Positions 16,413-24,470 of a DNA stretch of 48,422 nt are shown one piece after another (the stretch's first letter is position 1; each line of letters opens with the position of its first letter). Source of the DNA: Candidatus Micrarchaeia archaeon. GTDB taxonomy: Archaea; Micrarchaeota; Micrarchaeia; CAILAH01. Position numbers and translations under genes: made by a program. The stretch is from positions 1 to 48,422 of the forward strand of contig JAVYLZ010000003.1 in the NCBI GenBank assembly GCA_038740245.1, written 5' to 3'. The notes under the pieces were generated by a model that was not told the origin of the DNA, searched no databases, and saw only the letters and a list, made by a program, of their open reading frames with translations.

Positions 16413-16934
16413 TCACCCTTCCGCCTCTGATTCACCAAGAACCGTTACGCCCATCTGCGAAACGAACTGCTGCGCCTCCTCCTTGGTTATGAGGTGCTTC
16501 TTGCCTATCTTGGAAAAGCCAATCTTCTTGCGCGCAACCCTGTACCCGGGCCGCACAAGCGATACGCATACATCAAACCCGAGCATGCCGATCTTCGGGT
16601 CATACTTGACGCCCGGGAAGTCAATATACTCCTTCACGCCGAATGAGAAATTGCCGCGCGTGTCAAAAGAGCTCTGGCGTATTTTGTTGCCTACCGCCTC
16701 AAACGCCTTCTTAAGGAAATCGCGCGCCTTCTGGCCGCGAAGCGTGGCCATGGTCCCGATAGGAAGGCCCCTGCGCAGGCCCCATGTGGGGTTCCTGCTC
16801 CTGGACTTTGTCTGTATGGCCTTGGTGCCGGTAAGCCTCTCAAGGAACGCCTGTGCATTCTCAAGCGGCTCGCCCGCCTTGCCAACGCCTATGTTAACCA
16901 CGACTTTATCAATGCGAATATCCCTCATCGGCAT
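16413..16934 (-). CDS. rpl5: 50S ribosomal protein L5 (uL5)
   Basis: The sequence is MRDIRIDKVVVNIGVGKAGE...TKSRSRNPTWGLRRGLPIG..TLRG. Confidence 0.9.
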   Translation of the reverse strand: MPMRDIRIDKVVVNIGVGKAGEPLENAQAFLERLTGTKAIQTKSRSRNPTWGLRRGLPIGTMATLRGQKARDFLKKAFEAVGNKIRQSSFDTRGNFSFGVKEYIDFPGVKYDPKIGMLGFDVCVSLVRPGYRVARKKIGFSKIGKKHLITKEEAQQFVSQMGVTVLGESEAEG

Positions 16935-16936
16935 AG

Positions 16937-17626
16937 CTATTCTCCCCCTTCAACAAATATGTAGTCCTTGTATATGACGAACTTCTGGCCGCTGTCGGTC
17001 TCAATTGAAACCTTGGCACGCGCGTTTGGTGTGCCAGGTATCATTGATGTTATCTTGCCGTGCTCGCCGGCATGCTTGCCTTTAAGCACAACACAGCGTG
17101 AGCCCACCTCCAACGGGTAGTGGGAAATGACCTTGAACTCCGGCAGCGAGAGCTTCAGCGTATCACCAACGGAATACTTGGCATCTGAAAGCAGTGTCCT
17201 GCCGTCAGCAAGCGAAATCTGCTGCTTGCCACCCCTCACCGTCCTTTTCCCTACGATGCGGAGCAGCTTGTGCTTCACGTTCGCCCTCTTGGCGACCAGC
17301 CGCCCCTTCGCATCAAGCTCCATCCTGTAAGTCATATCAACATCAGGGATATGTATGACATCCATAAACCCGATTGGGAAATTCGGGTCCTTTACCACAC
17401 GCCCGTCCACGAGCACCTTGCCGTGCTTTACAAGTATCTTCGCCTCGCGTGCTGTGCCAGCAACCTTGAGCAGGTCCCTCAAAAATGAAAGCAGGGTTAT
17501 GCTCTCGCGTGCGGTATGCGTGCCCGCCCTGGGCTTTGCGAACCACACGTGGTCCTTGCGCGGAAGCGAAATCTTGCTTGTCGCATTCAAGCGCTTAAGG
17601 GTTGTTTCACGACCATGTTTTGCCAT
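16937..17626 (-). CDS. rps4e: 30S ribosomal protein S4e
   Basis: The sequence is KHGRETTLKRLNA...LPRKDHVWFAKPRAGTH....AKILVKHGKVLVDGRVVKDPNFPIGFMDVI. Confidence 0.9.
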   Translation of the reverse strand: MAKHGRETTLKRLNATSKISLPRKDHVWFAKPRAGTHTARESITLLSFLRDLLKVAGTAREAKILVKHGKVLVDGRVVKDPNFPIGFMDVIHIPDVDMTYRMELDAKGRLVAKRANVKHKLLRIVGKRTVRGGKQQISLADGRTLLSDAKYSVGDTLKLSLPEFKVISHYPLEVGSRCVVLKGKHAGEHGKITSMIPGTPNARAKVSIETDSGQKFVIYKDYIFVEGGE

Positions 17627-17640
17627 AAGTACACACCATT

Positions 17641-17991
17641 TTATTGCGATTGTGCCTGCTTTGCCGGCTTCTCAGCCTCAAGCCGGGTAATCATGACATT
17701 TGACGAGTCTATAAAGAGCGGCAGCTCCTTGCCATCCGCCTTCTTCACTGAAAGGCCCTCAATGGAAATCTTTCGCTTCTTAAGGTCAACCGACGTAACC
17801 TTGCCCTCCTTGCCCCTATTCTCGCCGCGGAGCACCTTCACTGAATACCCCTTCCTCACGCGCATAGTGCGCTTGCCAACCACTTTCCTGAGCTCTTTGG
17901 AAAGGTGCGCCGAAACCATATCCTGCCTCCTGTGCAGGGGCGCCCTTGCAAATGCCTTGCGCTGGCTCTTGCGTTTTCCCTTCTTCTTCAT
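17641..17991 (-). CDS. rpl24: 50S ribosomal protein L24 (uL24)
   Basis: The KOW motif is MRVRKGYSVKVLRGENRGKEGKVTSVDLKKRKISIEG. Confidence 0.9.
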   Translation of the reverse strand: MKKKGKRKSQRKAFARAPLHRRQDMVSAHLSKELRKVVGKRTMRVRKGYSVKVLRGENRGKEGKVTSVDLKKRKISIEGLSVKKADGKELPLFIDSSNVMITRLEAEKPAKQAQSQ

Positions 17992-18390
17992 CTAAACCAC
18001 CGCCAGCGCAATCGCCGCAACCTTCGGGAAGCGCTCTGCAACCTCGCGTGCGATTGCCCCCTTAATCTCACTGCCCTTGGGCAGCTTGTTATCGTCAACA
18101 AGCACCGCCGCGTTGTCCTCAAACATTACGCGGACGCCGTTCGCGCGCTTGAACTCCTTTCTCTGGCGGATTATCACCGCCTTCTCTATCTTCTTGCGTA
18201 TCTTGGGCGCGCCTTTCCTGACCGACACTATCATAGTGTCGCATATGCCGCCGCAGGGATACTTGTTCTTGGTGCCGCGGTACCCTGCCATCCCGATTAT
18301 CATAAGCTCCTTTGCGCCGCTGTTGTCATCGCAAAACAGAGTTGCGCCAACCGGCAGCGGCCTTGTTATGCTTGATGTTAATGCTCTCAT
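17992..18390 (-). CDS. rpl14: 50S ribosomal protein L14 (uL14)
   Basis: The sequence is ..LPVGATLFCDDNSGAKELMIIG..GY.G......GGICDTMIVSVRKG. ATG 18390 lies after the S17 stop. Confidence 0.9.
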   Translation of the reverse strand: MRALTSSITRPLPVGATLFCDDNSGAKELMIIGMAGYRGTKNKYPCGGICDTMIVSVRKGAPKIRKKIEKAVIIRQRKEFKRANGVRVMFEDNAAVLVDDNKLPKGSEIKGAIAREVAERFPKVAAIALAVV

Positions 18391-18400
18391 CGCATACCAC

Positions 18401-18685
18401 CTACTGCTTGCCAATCACTACCCAGTGCTTGGTCTTGCTGAGCCTCCTGCACTGCTTCAGCCGCACAACATCGCCAACCTGCACCGAAATGCATTCAGGC
18501 AGGTGCGCATGAAGCTTTGAGCGGTTCTTGGTATACCGCTCGTACTTGTGGCTGTAAAGAAGGTATTCACGCTCAACAACCACCGTTTTCTTGGCTTTGT
18601 TGCTCACAACCGTGCCCGTAACCTCAAGCCCGTGAGTGCTCAGCGTGCCGTGCATCGGGCATTTTGAATCGCTACATTCAGGCAT
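18401..18685 (-). CDS. rps17: 30S ribosomal protein S17 (uS17)
   Basis: The sequence is CSDSKCPMHGTLSTHGLEVTGTVVSNKAKKTVVVEREYLLYSHKYERY..R.SKLHAH. It is the first gene of the cluster present here. Confidence 0.9.
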   Translation of the reverse strand: MPECSDSKCPMHGTLSTHGLEVTGTVVSNKAKKTVVVEREYLLYSHKYERYTKNRSKLHAHLPECISVQVGDVVRLKQCRRLSKTKHWVVIGKQ

Positions 18686-18846
18686 AATTTCACCATCGCA
18701 AGCTCGCCCGGCGGTCTAGCTATAGATTTTGTTAATAGCTTTAGAAGTTAGCCGAGCGGCGTGCTATTTTAAACATAGTTAGTTATATAAACCTGCGCCG
18801 CAATTACGAGGGAGGCGGGCATAAGTATTTAAACCACTGCCCCCAC

Positions 18847-19923
18847 CTACAGCCATCTCCTGCGCCTGAAGTAAAGCACCATCAGCGCTGCAACGAGCAG
18901 CATCAGCAGCAGGACTGCTGGGTAGCCCCACTCGCTCTCAAGCTCGGGCATATACCTGAAATTCATGCCGTACACGCCGGCTATGAACGTAAGGGGTATG
19001 AAAACCGTTGATATGATGGTGAGCACCTTCATTATCTCATTGAGCCTGTTGCTTATGCCGGACAGGTGGACGTCAACCATCTCTGAAAGTATGTCGCGCA
19101 TTGACTCCACCATATCCATAACCTGTATTGTGTGGTCATACGCATCCTTAAGGTATATGCGCGTGCGCTCCTTTATAAGCGGCGATTCGCTGCGCTCAAG
19201 CGCGGAAAGCACCTCACGCAGCGGCCAGACCGACCTCCGCACCAGCAGCACCTCATGCTTGAGCCGGTTTATCTCATGCAGCTCCGCAGGGGACGGGTTG
19301 GCAAGTATCCTCGCCTCAAGCGTATCCACGCGCTCGCCAAGCCGCTCTAGCACGGTGAAATAGTTATCAACGATGGCGTCTATGAGCGAATACGCAAGGT
19401 AATCGGTGCCCATCTTGCGTATCTGGCCGGTGCCGCTGCGTATCCTCTCGCGGACACCGTCAAACACATCGCTCTTGCCCTCGCTTTCCTGAAATGTTAT
19501 CAGGCAGTCGCCGCGCAGTATCATGCTGACCTGCTCCTGCCGGACCTGCGCAGCCACCTCATCGTAGGTGAGCATGTTGAGGACTATGTATATGTATCCG
19601 CCCAAATCCTCATACTTTGGGCGCTGCCCCGTATGCGCAATGTCCTCAAGTATAAGCGGATGTATATCGTAATGCCTCCCTATTTCCTCTATTATGGAGA
19701 TATCATGAACCCCGTCCACGTTGATCCAAGAAGTTGTCGGCGTCCCCTTGAGCGCAAAGCATTCGCTAACTTCCTTTGCGACCTTCTCCGAGAAGGATTT
19801 TTCATCATAATCTATTACGGTAATCCATGTTTTTGCGGACTTCTTGTCACCAACATAAACAATAGTGCCAGGCGGGAGGCCTGCCTTGCCGCTGCGGCGG
19901 CCCACAACCCGTGATACGCCCAT
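18847..19923 (-). CDS. corA: Magnesium/cobalt transporter CorA
   Basis: The C-terminus has two TM segments with the YGMNF signature (FIAGVYGMNFRYMPELE). Confidence 0.9.
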   Translation of the reverse strand: MGVSRVVGRRSGKAGLPPGTIVYVGDKKSAKTWITVIDYDEKSFSEKVAKEVSECFALKGTPTTSWINVDGVHDISIIEEIGRHYDIHPLILEDIAHTGQRPKYEDLGGYIYIVLNMLTYDEVAAQVRQEQVSMILRGDCLITFQESEGKSDVFDGVRERIRSGTGQIRKMGTDYLAYSLIDAIVDNYFTVLERLGERVDTLEARILANPSPAELHEINRLKHEVLLVRRSVWPLREVLSALERSESPLIKERTRIYLKDAYDHTIQVMDMVESMRDILSEMVDVHLSGISNRLNEIMKVLTIISTVFIPLTFIAGVYGMNFRYMPELESEWGYPAVLLLMLLVAALMVLYFRRRRWL

Positions 19924-19938
19924 AATGTAGGATTGCAG

Positions 19939-19953
19939 GCATAATTTTTAAGT
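19939..19953. promoter_or_regulatory. Shared AT-rich TATA-like element between the divergent corA and HAD genes
   Basis: CATAATTTTTAAGTG is the only AT-rich element in the 52-nt gap. It lies about 25-35 nt from the HAD ATG (19976) and about 17-30 nt from the corA ATG (19923). Confidence 0.35.
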
Positions 19954-19975
19954 GTTGGCGCCCAGTGAGGAATGT

Positions 19976-20665
19976 ATGCCCGTCCGCCACATATTCCTTG
20001 ACATTGACAATACGCTGTTTCCGTCGTCAGAATTCACCGTAAAGGCGCGCCGCAAAGCGCTCCGTGCAATGATTTCAAAGGGCCTTGCGTGCACATACGC
20101 GCGCGGCGCTGAAGAGCTCCGCAGGATAATTGCAGAGCGTGGGCCAAATGACTTCAGGCACTTCAATATTCTCGTAAAGCGCATAAACGGCCGCGAGGAC
20201 CTGAAAACTGTCGCCGCAGGCATTATGGCATACCACAACTCAAAGCGCCACATCTCCCCTTACCCGGAAGTTCATAAAGTGCTGCGCTCACTTAAAAGGA
20301 AAGGATACCGGCTGTACATAGCATCTGAAGGTGTTGAGCTGAAGCAGTGGGACAAGCTTCTGCGCCTTGGCATTGACCGGTTTTTTGACGGTGTGCATGT
20401 GGCACGGCGCAAGGATGCCGCATTTTTCAGGCGGATTCTCAAATCGCTGCGGCTTCAACCAAGCGAATGCGTCATGGTAGGGGACAGGCCTGACAAGGAC
20501 ATCGCCCCCGCCATGCGTGCCGGCATGCATGCGGTGCGCATACGCCGGGGCAAATATTACAATATGCCTGGGAAAGCAAATTACAGCATCAGGTCATTGT
20601 CACAGCTTGAGAATGCAATTAAAAAAATAGAGCAAATAAATGCCCGGCCGCAGGCCGCAACCTAA
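19976..20665 (+). CDS. HAD-superfamily hydrolase
   Basis: Motif I is IFLDIDNTL, and the later motif is MVGDRPDKDI. Confidence 0.75.
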   Translation: MPVRHIFLDIDNTLFPSSEFTVKARRKALRAMISKGLACTYARGAEELRRIIAERGPNDFRHFNILVKRINGREDLKTVAAGIMAYHNSKRHISPYPEVHKVLRSLKRKGYRLYIASEGVELKQWDKLLRLGIDRFFDGVHVARRKDAAFFRRILKSLRLQPSECVMVGDRPDKDIAPAMRAGMHAVRIRRGKYYNMPGKANYSIRSLSQLENAIKKIEQINARPQAAT

Positions 20666-20862
20666 AGCCGTGCGAGCTTTATGTCCTCTTCTGTCACAGT
20701 TTTCCTGCCTGCGTGCCTGCCAAGCTTGATTGCCTGTGTTGCAATCTTTATTGCGTATTCTTCAAGGACATCTGCAAGCGCCTCAACCGCCCCGTCGCTG
20801 ACACGCTCCGCACCTGCACGCTTAATGAGCCGCTCAATGGGGGCTCTTGGAAGATCGGCCAT
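20662..20862 (-). CDS. Archaeal histone (HMf family)
   Basis: This 66-aa histone fold reads LPRAPIERLIKRAGAERVSDGAVEALADVLEEYAIKIATQAIKLGRHAGRKTVTEEDIKLA. Confidence 0.9.
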   Translation of the reverse strand: MADLPRAPIERLIKRAGAERVSDGAVEALADVLEEYAIKIATQAIKLGRHAGRKTVTEEDIKLARL

Positions 20863-20907
20863 CCACTATCACCAACCTTATTAAGGTGTGGAACTTATAT
20901 AAGAATA

Positions 20908-22404
20908 ATGGAGCTCAAGCAAGGCATAGAGCCGCGCAAATACCAAACAGAGATTGCTGAGAGCGTATTAAGGCACGGCAACACGCTTGTAGTGCTTCCC
21001 ACAGGCCTTGGGAAGACGTTGATTGCTGTTTTAGTAATGCAAAAGAAGCTTAAGGAGGGCGCAGTGCTTTTTCTGGCACCCACAAAGCCGCTGGTGAGCC
21101 AGCACGTGAAGACCATAAACGCAACGCTGGACGGTGCCGGAGCGGTTGCGGTCACAGGCGCAATGGCGAAGAGCGCACGGAAGAGCGTGTGGGACAATGC
21201 CAAAATCATTGTTGCGACCCCGCAGACCGTGCAAAGCGACCTTGAGCACATTGACCGGCACAGGTTCTCGCTTGTGGTGCTTGATGAGGTGCACCGTGCG
21301 GTGGGCGATTATGCGTACACCGCCGTGTCGCAGGCATTCAGGCCGTATTCAACCATTCTTGGGCTCACTGCATCGCCTGGCAGCAAAAAGTCCAAAATTG
21401 AGGAGATTCGGCTCACACTTGGCGTATCCAACGTTGAGAGCAGGGAGCATACCGACGATGATGTGAAGGATTACGTAAAGGAGATGGATATTGAGTGGGT
21501 AATGGTTGATGAGAAGCCTGAATATGTTGAGGCCAAGCGCAGGATTGAGGAGCTCATCGCGTGGTACCTTAATATGGTGAGGCATTACGGGTTCAGGGTA
21601 TTTTCCAGAAGCAGGAAGTCCATGATACTCGCACAGCAGGCGATTATGAAGAGCGGGCTGAAGACCAAGTACCACGCGCTCAAATACCTGAGTGCGGCCA
21701 TCAACCTTGACTATGCAGCCGAGATGCTTGAGACCCAGAGCATGGGTGCGTTCCTCGCATATGTTGAGAACTTGGGCGCACGGGAAACCAAGGGCGCACA
21801 GCTGCTTTCAAAGGACGGCCGGCTCCACGAGATAATTGAATATGTAAAGGCACACAAAGTGATACACCCAAAAATGGAGCGGCTAGTTGAGATGCTCAGC
21901 GCGGACAGGGATGCCAAGTATATAGTTTTCTCCCAGTATACGGCGCAAATTGAGTATCTTGAGCAGGCGCTTTCAATGTACGGGTTCAGGTGTAGCAGGT
22001 TCACGGGCCAGCGCAAGGGGTTCACGCGCAAGCAGCAGCTTGACATAATTGAGCGGTTCAGGAGCAGCGAGTTCAACATCCTGATTGCAAGCTCAATTGG
22101 TGAGGAGGGGCTTGACATACCGTCAGTGGATTACGTGATATTTTACGAGCCGATACCCAGCGAAATCAGGAGCATACAAAGGAGAGGCAGGGCAGGCCGT
22201 GCGAAAAAGGGGTTTGTGAGGATACTCATAACAAAAAACACGCGCGACGAGATTGCATACCGCTCCTCGCAAATGAAGGAGGGCAGGATGCGCCGCATAA
22301 TACGCAGGATGAGCAAAAAGGGCGAACCAAAGCCGGTGGGCATTGGGGGGCAGGAGGCACCGCTTTTGCGCAGGAAAACCGGCACGCTGCTTGACTTTAT
22401 GTAA
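20908..22404 (+). CDS. Hef/FANCM-like superfamily 2 helicase; helicase domains only, no ERCC4 nuclease domain
   Basis: Motif I is VVLPTGLGKT, motif II VLDEVHRA, motif III GLTASPG and motif VI QRRGRAGR. The N-terminus reads MELKQGIEPRKYQTEIAES. ATG 20908 was chosen because the tracked ORF start at 20713 overlaps the histone gene. Confidence 0.8.
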   Translation: MELKQGIEPRKYQTEIAESVLRHGNTLVVLPTGLGKTLIAVLVMQKKLKEGAVLFLAPTKPLVSQHVKTINATLDGAGAVAVTGAMAKSARKSVWDNAKIIVATPQTVQSDLEHIDRHRFSLVVLDEVHRAVGDYAYTAVSQAFRPYSTILGLTASPGSKKSKIEEIRLTLGVSNVESREHTDDDVKDYVKEMDIEWVMVDEKPEYVEAKRRIEELIAWYLNMVRHYGFRVFSRSRKSMILAQQAIMKSGLKTKYHALKYLSAAINLDYAAEMLETQSMGAFLAYVENLGARETKGAQLLSKDGRLHEIIEYVKAHKVIHPKMERLVEMLSADRDAKYIVFSQYTAQIEYLEQALSMYGFRCSRFTGQRKGFTRKQQLDIIERFRSSEFNILIASSIGEEGLDIPSVDYVIFYEPIPSEIRSIQRRGRAGRAKKGFVRILITKNTRDEIAYRSSQMKEGRMRRIIRRMSKKGEPKPVGIGGQEAPLLRRKTGTLLDFM

Positions 22405-22431
22405 ATGCATTGATGCACACAACTGCATAAC

Positions 22432-22689
22432 CTAAATCAAAAAGTCCTTTGATGCCTTGCCCTTAGGGAAGACGGATACACCTGCTGCACGCAGGGGCAG
22501 GCCAATCTCATCGGCTGCCGCAGAAAGCTCGTTTATTGGTATCTGGCGGTCGGTATCAAGAAGCTTGTATGCGCCCGCAGGCGATTTCTCGGCAAGCATC
22601 CTGAACACTATCCTCTGGTAAATGCCGCCCGCGCGCTTCACACGGAGCTGGATTGTGCCGCCCACCTTAAACTCTATTTTCTCAGCCAT
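22432..22689 (-). CDS. Hypothetical 85-aa protein, co-directional with and 8 nt downstream of the RNase HIII-like gene
   Basis: It is a clean ORF with protein-like composition, but I did not recognise a family. Confidence 0.4.
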   Translation of the reverse strand: MAEKIEFKVGGTIQLRVKRAGGIYQRIVFRMLAEKSPAGAYKLLDTDRQIPINELSAAADEIGLPLRAAGVSVFPKGKASKDFLI

Positions 22690-22697
22690 AATGCCAC

Positions 22698-23513
22698 CTA
22701 TTTGATATACGCAAGCTTGAACAGGCGGGACCGCTCGGGCAACGACATAATCTCCTGCCGCGATAACTCCGAAAAATCAATGCCCAAAGCCTTCTGCTGC
22801 GACTGGAGCCATAACTGGTATTCATGCTTGGCGCATACGCTGGCGCACGCTACCGCCGCATACTTCTCAGCGCGCGGCGTTATTATTACCTCTGCATCAC
22901 GGCATATGCCGCGCACAAATGCCCTGAGCTCATCATCGTGCTTTTTTCCGCCGAATTTGTCTATGTATACGATTGCCTCTGCACCGACTGCCTGCTCAAG
23001 CAGGGGCTCCAGCGAGGACTTGTAAAGCGATACGAGCAGGCCATTTAAGTTGTTGGAAAACTGTGCGTTGAAGTCCTGCGGGGAGAGCACACGGCCCGTA
23101 TGCGCAAGCTTGCGTATGCGGGAATGCACAAGCGAAATCTGCTGCGGGCTCATCTGCTTGCTGTCCATTGCGCCGGCAAACCGTGCGTACGCACGCTCGC
23201 GCCTGTCCTTAAGCAGGAAAGATGAGACCACTATGGGGCCTGCACGCTCACCTTTCCCCGCTTCGTCTGCGCCGATGGTTGGCACGCGCACGGCATCGCC
23301 CAATTCAAGAAACCGAAGCACATCATCGGCAAGCCGGCCTTCAGGGAAATCCGAAAACACAACCTTGCCGCTCGTGTATGCAACTATAAGCACACCGTCG
23401 CGCTTCAGCCGTGCCAGCTCGTACCTGCCGGTAGGCGTTAGCACTTCTGAGCACTTGCCCATCGCCTCCACAAACACGTGCGCCTCACTTGGCTTTAGCG
23501 CGAGAGTATGCAT
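22698..23513 (-). CDS. Type 2 RNase H with an RNase HIII-like N-terminal domain
   Basis: The catalytic motifs are IGADEAGKGERAGPIVVSS, MDSKQM, IVYIDKF and AVACASVCAK. The N-terminal ~85 aa contain LIVAYTSGKVVFSD, which resembles the RNase HIII motif ..ITAY.SGKVLFQG. Confidence 0.6.
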   Translation of the reverse strand: MHTLALKPSEAHVFVEAMGKCSEVLTPTGRYELARLKRDGVLIVAYTSGKVVFSDFPEGRLADDVLRFLELGDAVRVPTIGADEAGKGERAGPIVVSSFLLKDRRERAYARFAGAMDSKQMSPQQISLVHSRIRKLAHTGRVLSPQDFNAQFSNNLNGLLVSLYKSSLEPLLEQAVGAEAIVYIDKFGGKKHDDELRAFVRGICRDAEVIITPRAEKYAAVACASVCAKHEYQLWLQSQQKALGIDFSELSRQEIMSLPERSRLFKLAYIK

Positions 23514-23535
23514 AAAATGGATTTTGTATAAATGA

Positions 23536-24000
23536 ATTTAAGCATTAGGTATGCGCAATACAAAGGGGGGTGCGTTTGAAGCTGGCTTGATGGCATGTTT
23601 TTCATTTAAATCAATTTAATCCCGCTTTTTCTGCTAAATCACATTTAATCAAGCTGTTTTTGACTATTACGATTATTATAGTTTATTAATTCCTCAAAAA
23701 TGCTCCTTTGTTTTATTTTTTGCTAAAAAACGCTTTCTTATGTTTTTTAGCATTTATGCTTTTACCGACGTAATATGCTGTTGCAATATAAAAAAATGCC
23801 AAAATTCGTATGAAAAATCCAAAAAAATTTGAAAAGTGAATTAGGGCTTAACGGTCCTTTTTAGGCAAAAAAGGATTTGGCGTATCCAATTAAAATAAAA
23901 ATGGCAATTAAACCTTCTTTTGAAGTGAATACGAAATTTACTGGTTCTTTTTTCCAATAAACAAATCTATGGGCGTTTTTTGATAAAATCGCTTAAAAGC
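23536..24000. other. AT-rich noncoding island of about 465 bp
   Basis: No ORF of 60 aa or more lies on either strand. The region is visibly far more AT-rich than its flanks. It has many A/T tracts, a G6 run at 23565-23570 and inverted repeats. Confidence 0.6.
23721..23752. repeat. Perfect 11-bp inverted repeat with a 10-nt spacer
   Basis: The sequence is TGCTAAAAAAC-gctttcttat-GTTTTTTAGCA. A second, 8-bp inverted repeat, TCCTTTTT-aggca-AAAAAGGA, lies at about 23855-23875. Confidence 0.9.
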
Positions 24001-24059
24001 TAATGTTTAAATACGTTCAAAGCATTTACTTTGATATGGGAGTGCTTCGCTCAGTAAAA

Positions 24060-24410
24060 ATGGCACAAAAAATGGTTTTGGGTCGGCATATTATCGCTGA
24101 AATCAAGGTCGGCGATGCAGCTATCCTTAATGATGATAAGCGGCTTCTGGAAGCCATGATGCTGGCCGCACAAAAGGGAGGTATGACCGTAATAAGCGGC
24201 AATTCACACAAATTCACCCCGCACGGCACTACTGCGTTTGTTATGCTCGCGGAATCGCACATCTCAATACATACGTGGCCGGAGTACGGCTATGCCGCGC
24301 TTGACATATACACGTGCGGAAAAAACCCAGAAAGCGTGCTTGAAGAGCTTCAAAAGCTCCTCCCAATAAGCGAAATCAAGAAAGTTGTCCTCGACCGAGG
24401 CCCGCATTAG
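24060..24410 (+). CDS. speH: S-adenosylmethionine decarboxylase proenzyme (small SpeH type)
   Basis: The sequence is GRHIIAEI......LAESHISIHTWPEYGYAALDIYTCG. The start is ATG 24060; ATG 24003 is an alternative. Confidence 0.85.
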   Translation: MAQKMVLGRHIIAEIKVGDAAILNDDKRLLEAMMLAAQKGGMTVISGNSHKFTPHGTTAFVMLAESHISIHTWPEYGYAALDIYTCGKNPESVLEELQKLLPISEIKKVVLDRGPH

Positions 24411-24470
24411 TTGCCCATTACAGCCATCACGGCCAAGCGGTTCAGCGCCAGCCCATCCGACGCCCTGGCG

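Noticed and set aside
9163-17995. Plus-strand ORFs within the ribosomal protein/SecY block, for example 10613..11194, 11948..12472, 13291..13971, 15343..15723, 16375..16977 and 17516..17995.
   Set aside because: All are antisense to highly conserved ribosomal protein, secY or adk genes, and none has a recognisable motif. They are typical shadow ORFs of moderately GC-rich DNA.
20713-20907. An upstream extension of the Hef-like helicase ORF (the tracked start is 20713).
   Set aside because: The extension lies antisense over the entire histone gene and is Cys/Leu-rich. Helicase homology starts at MELKQGIEPRKYQ (ATG 20908).
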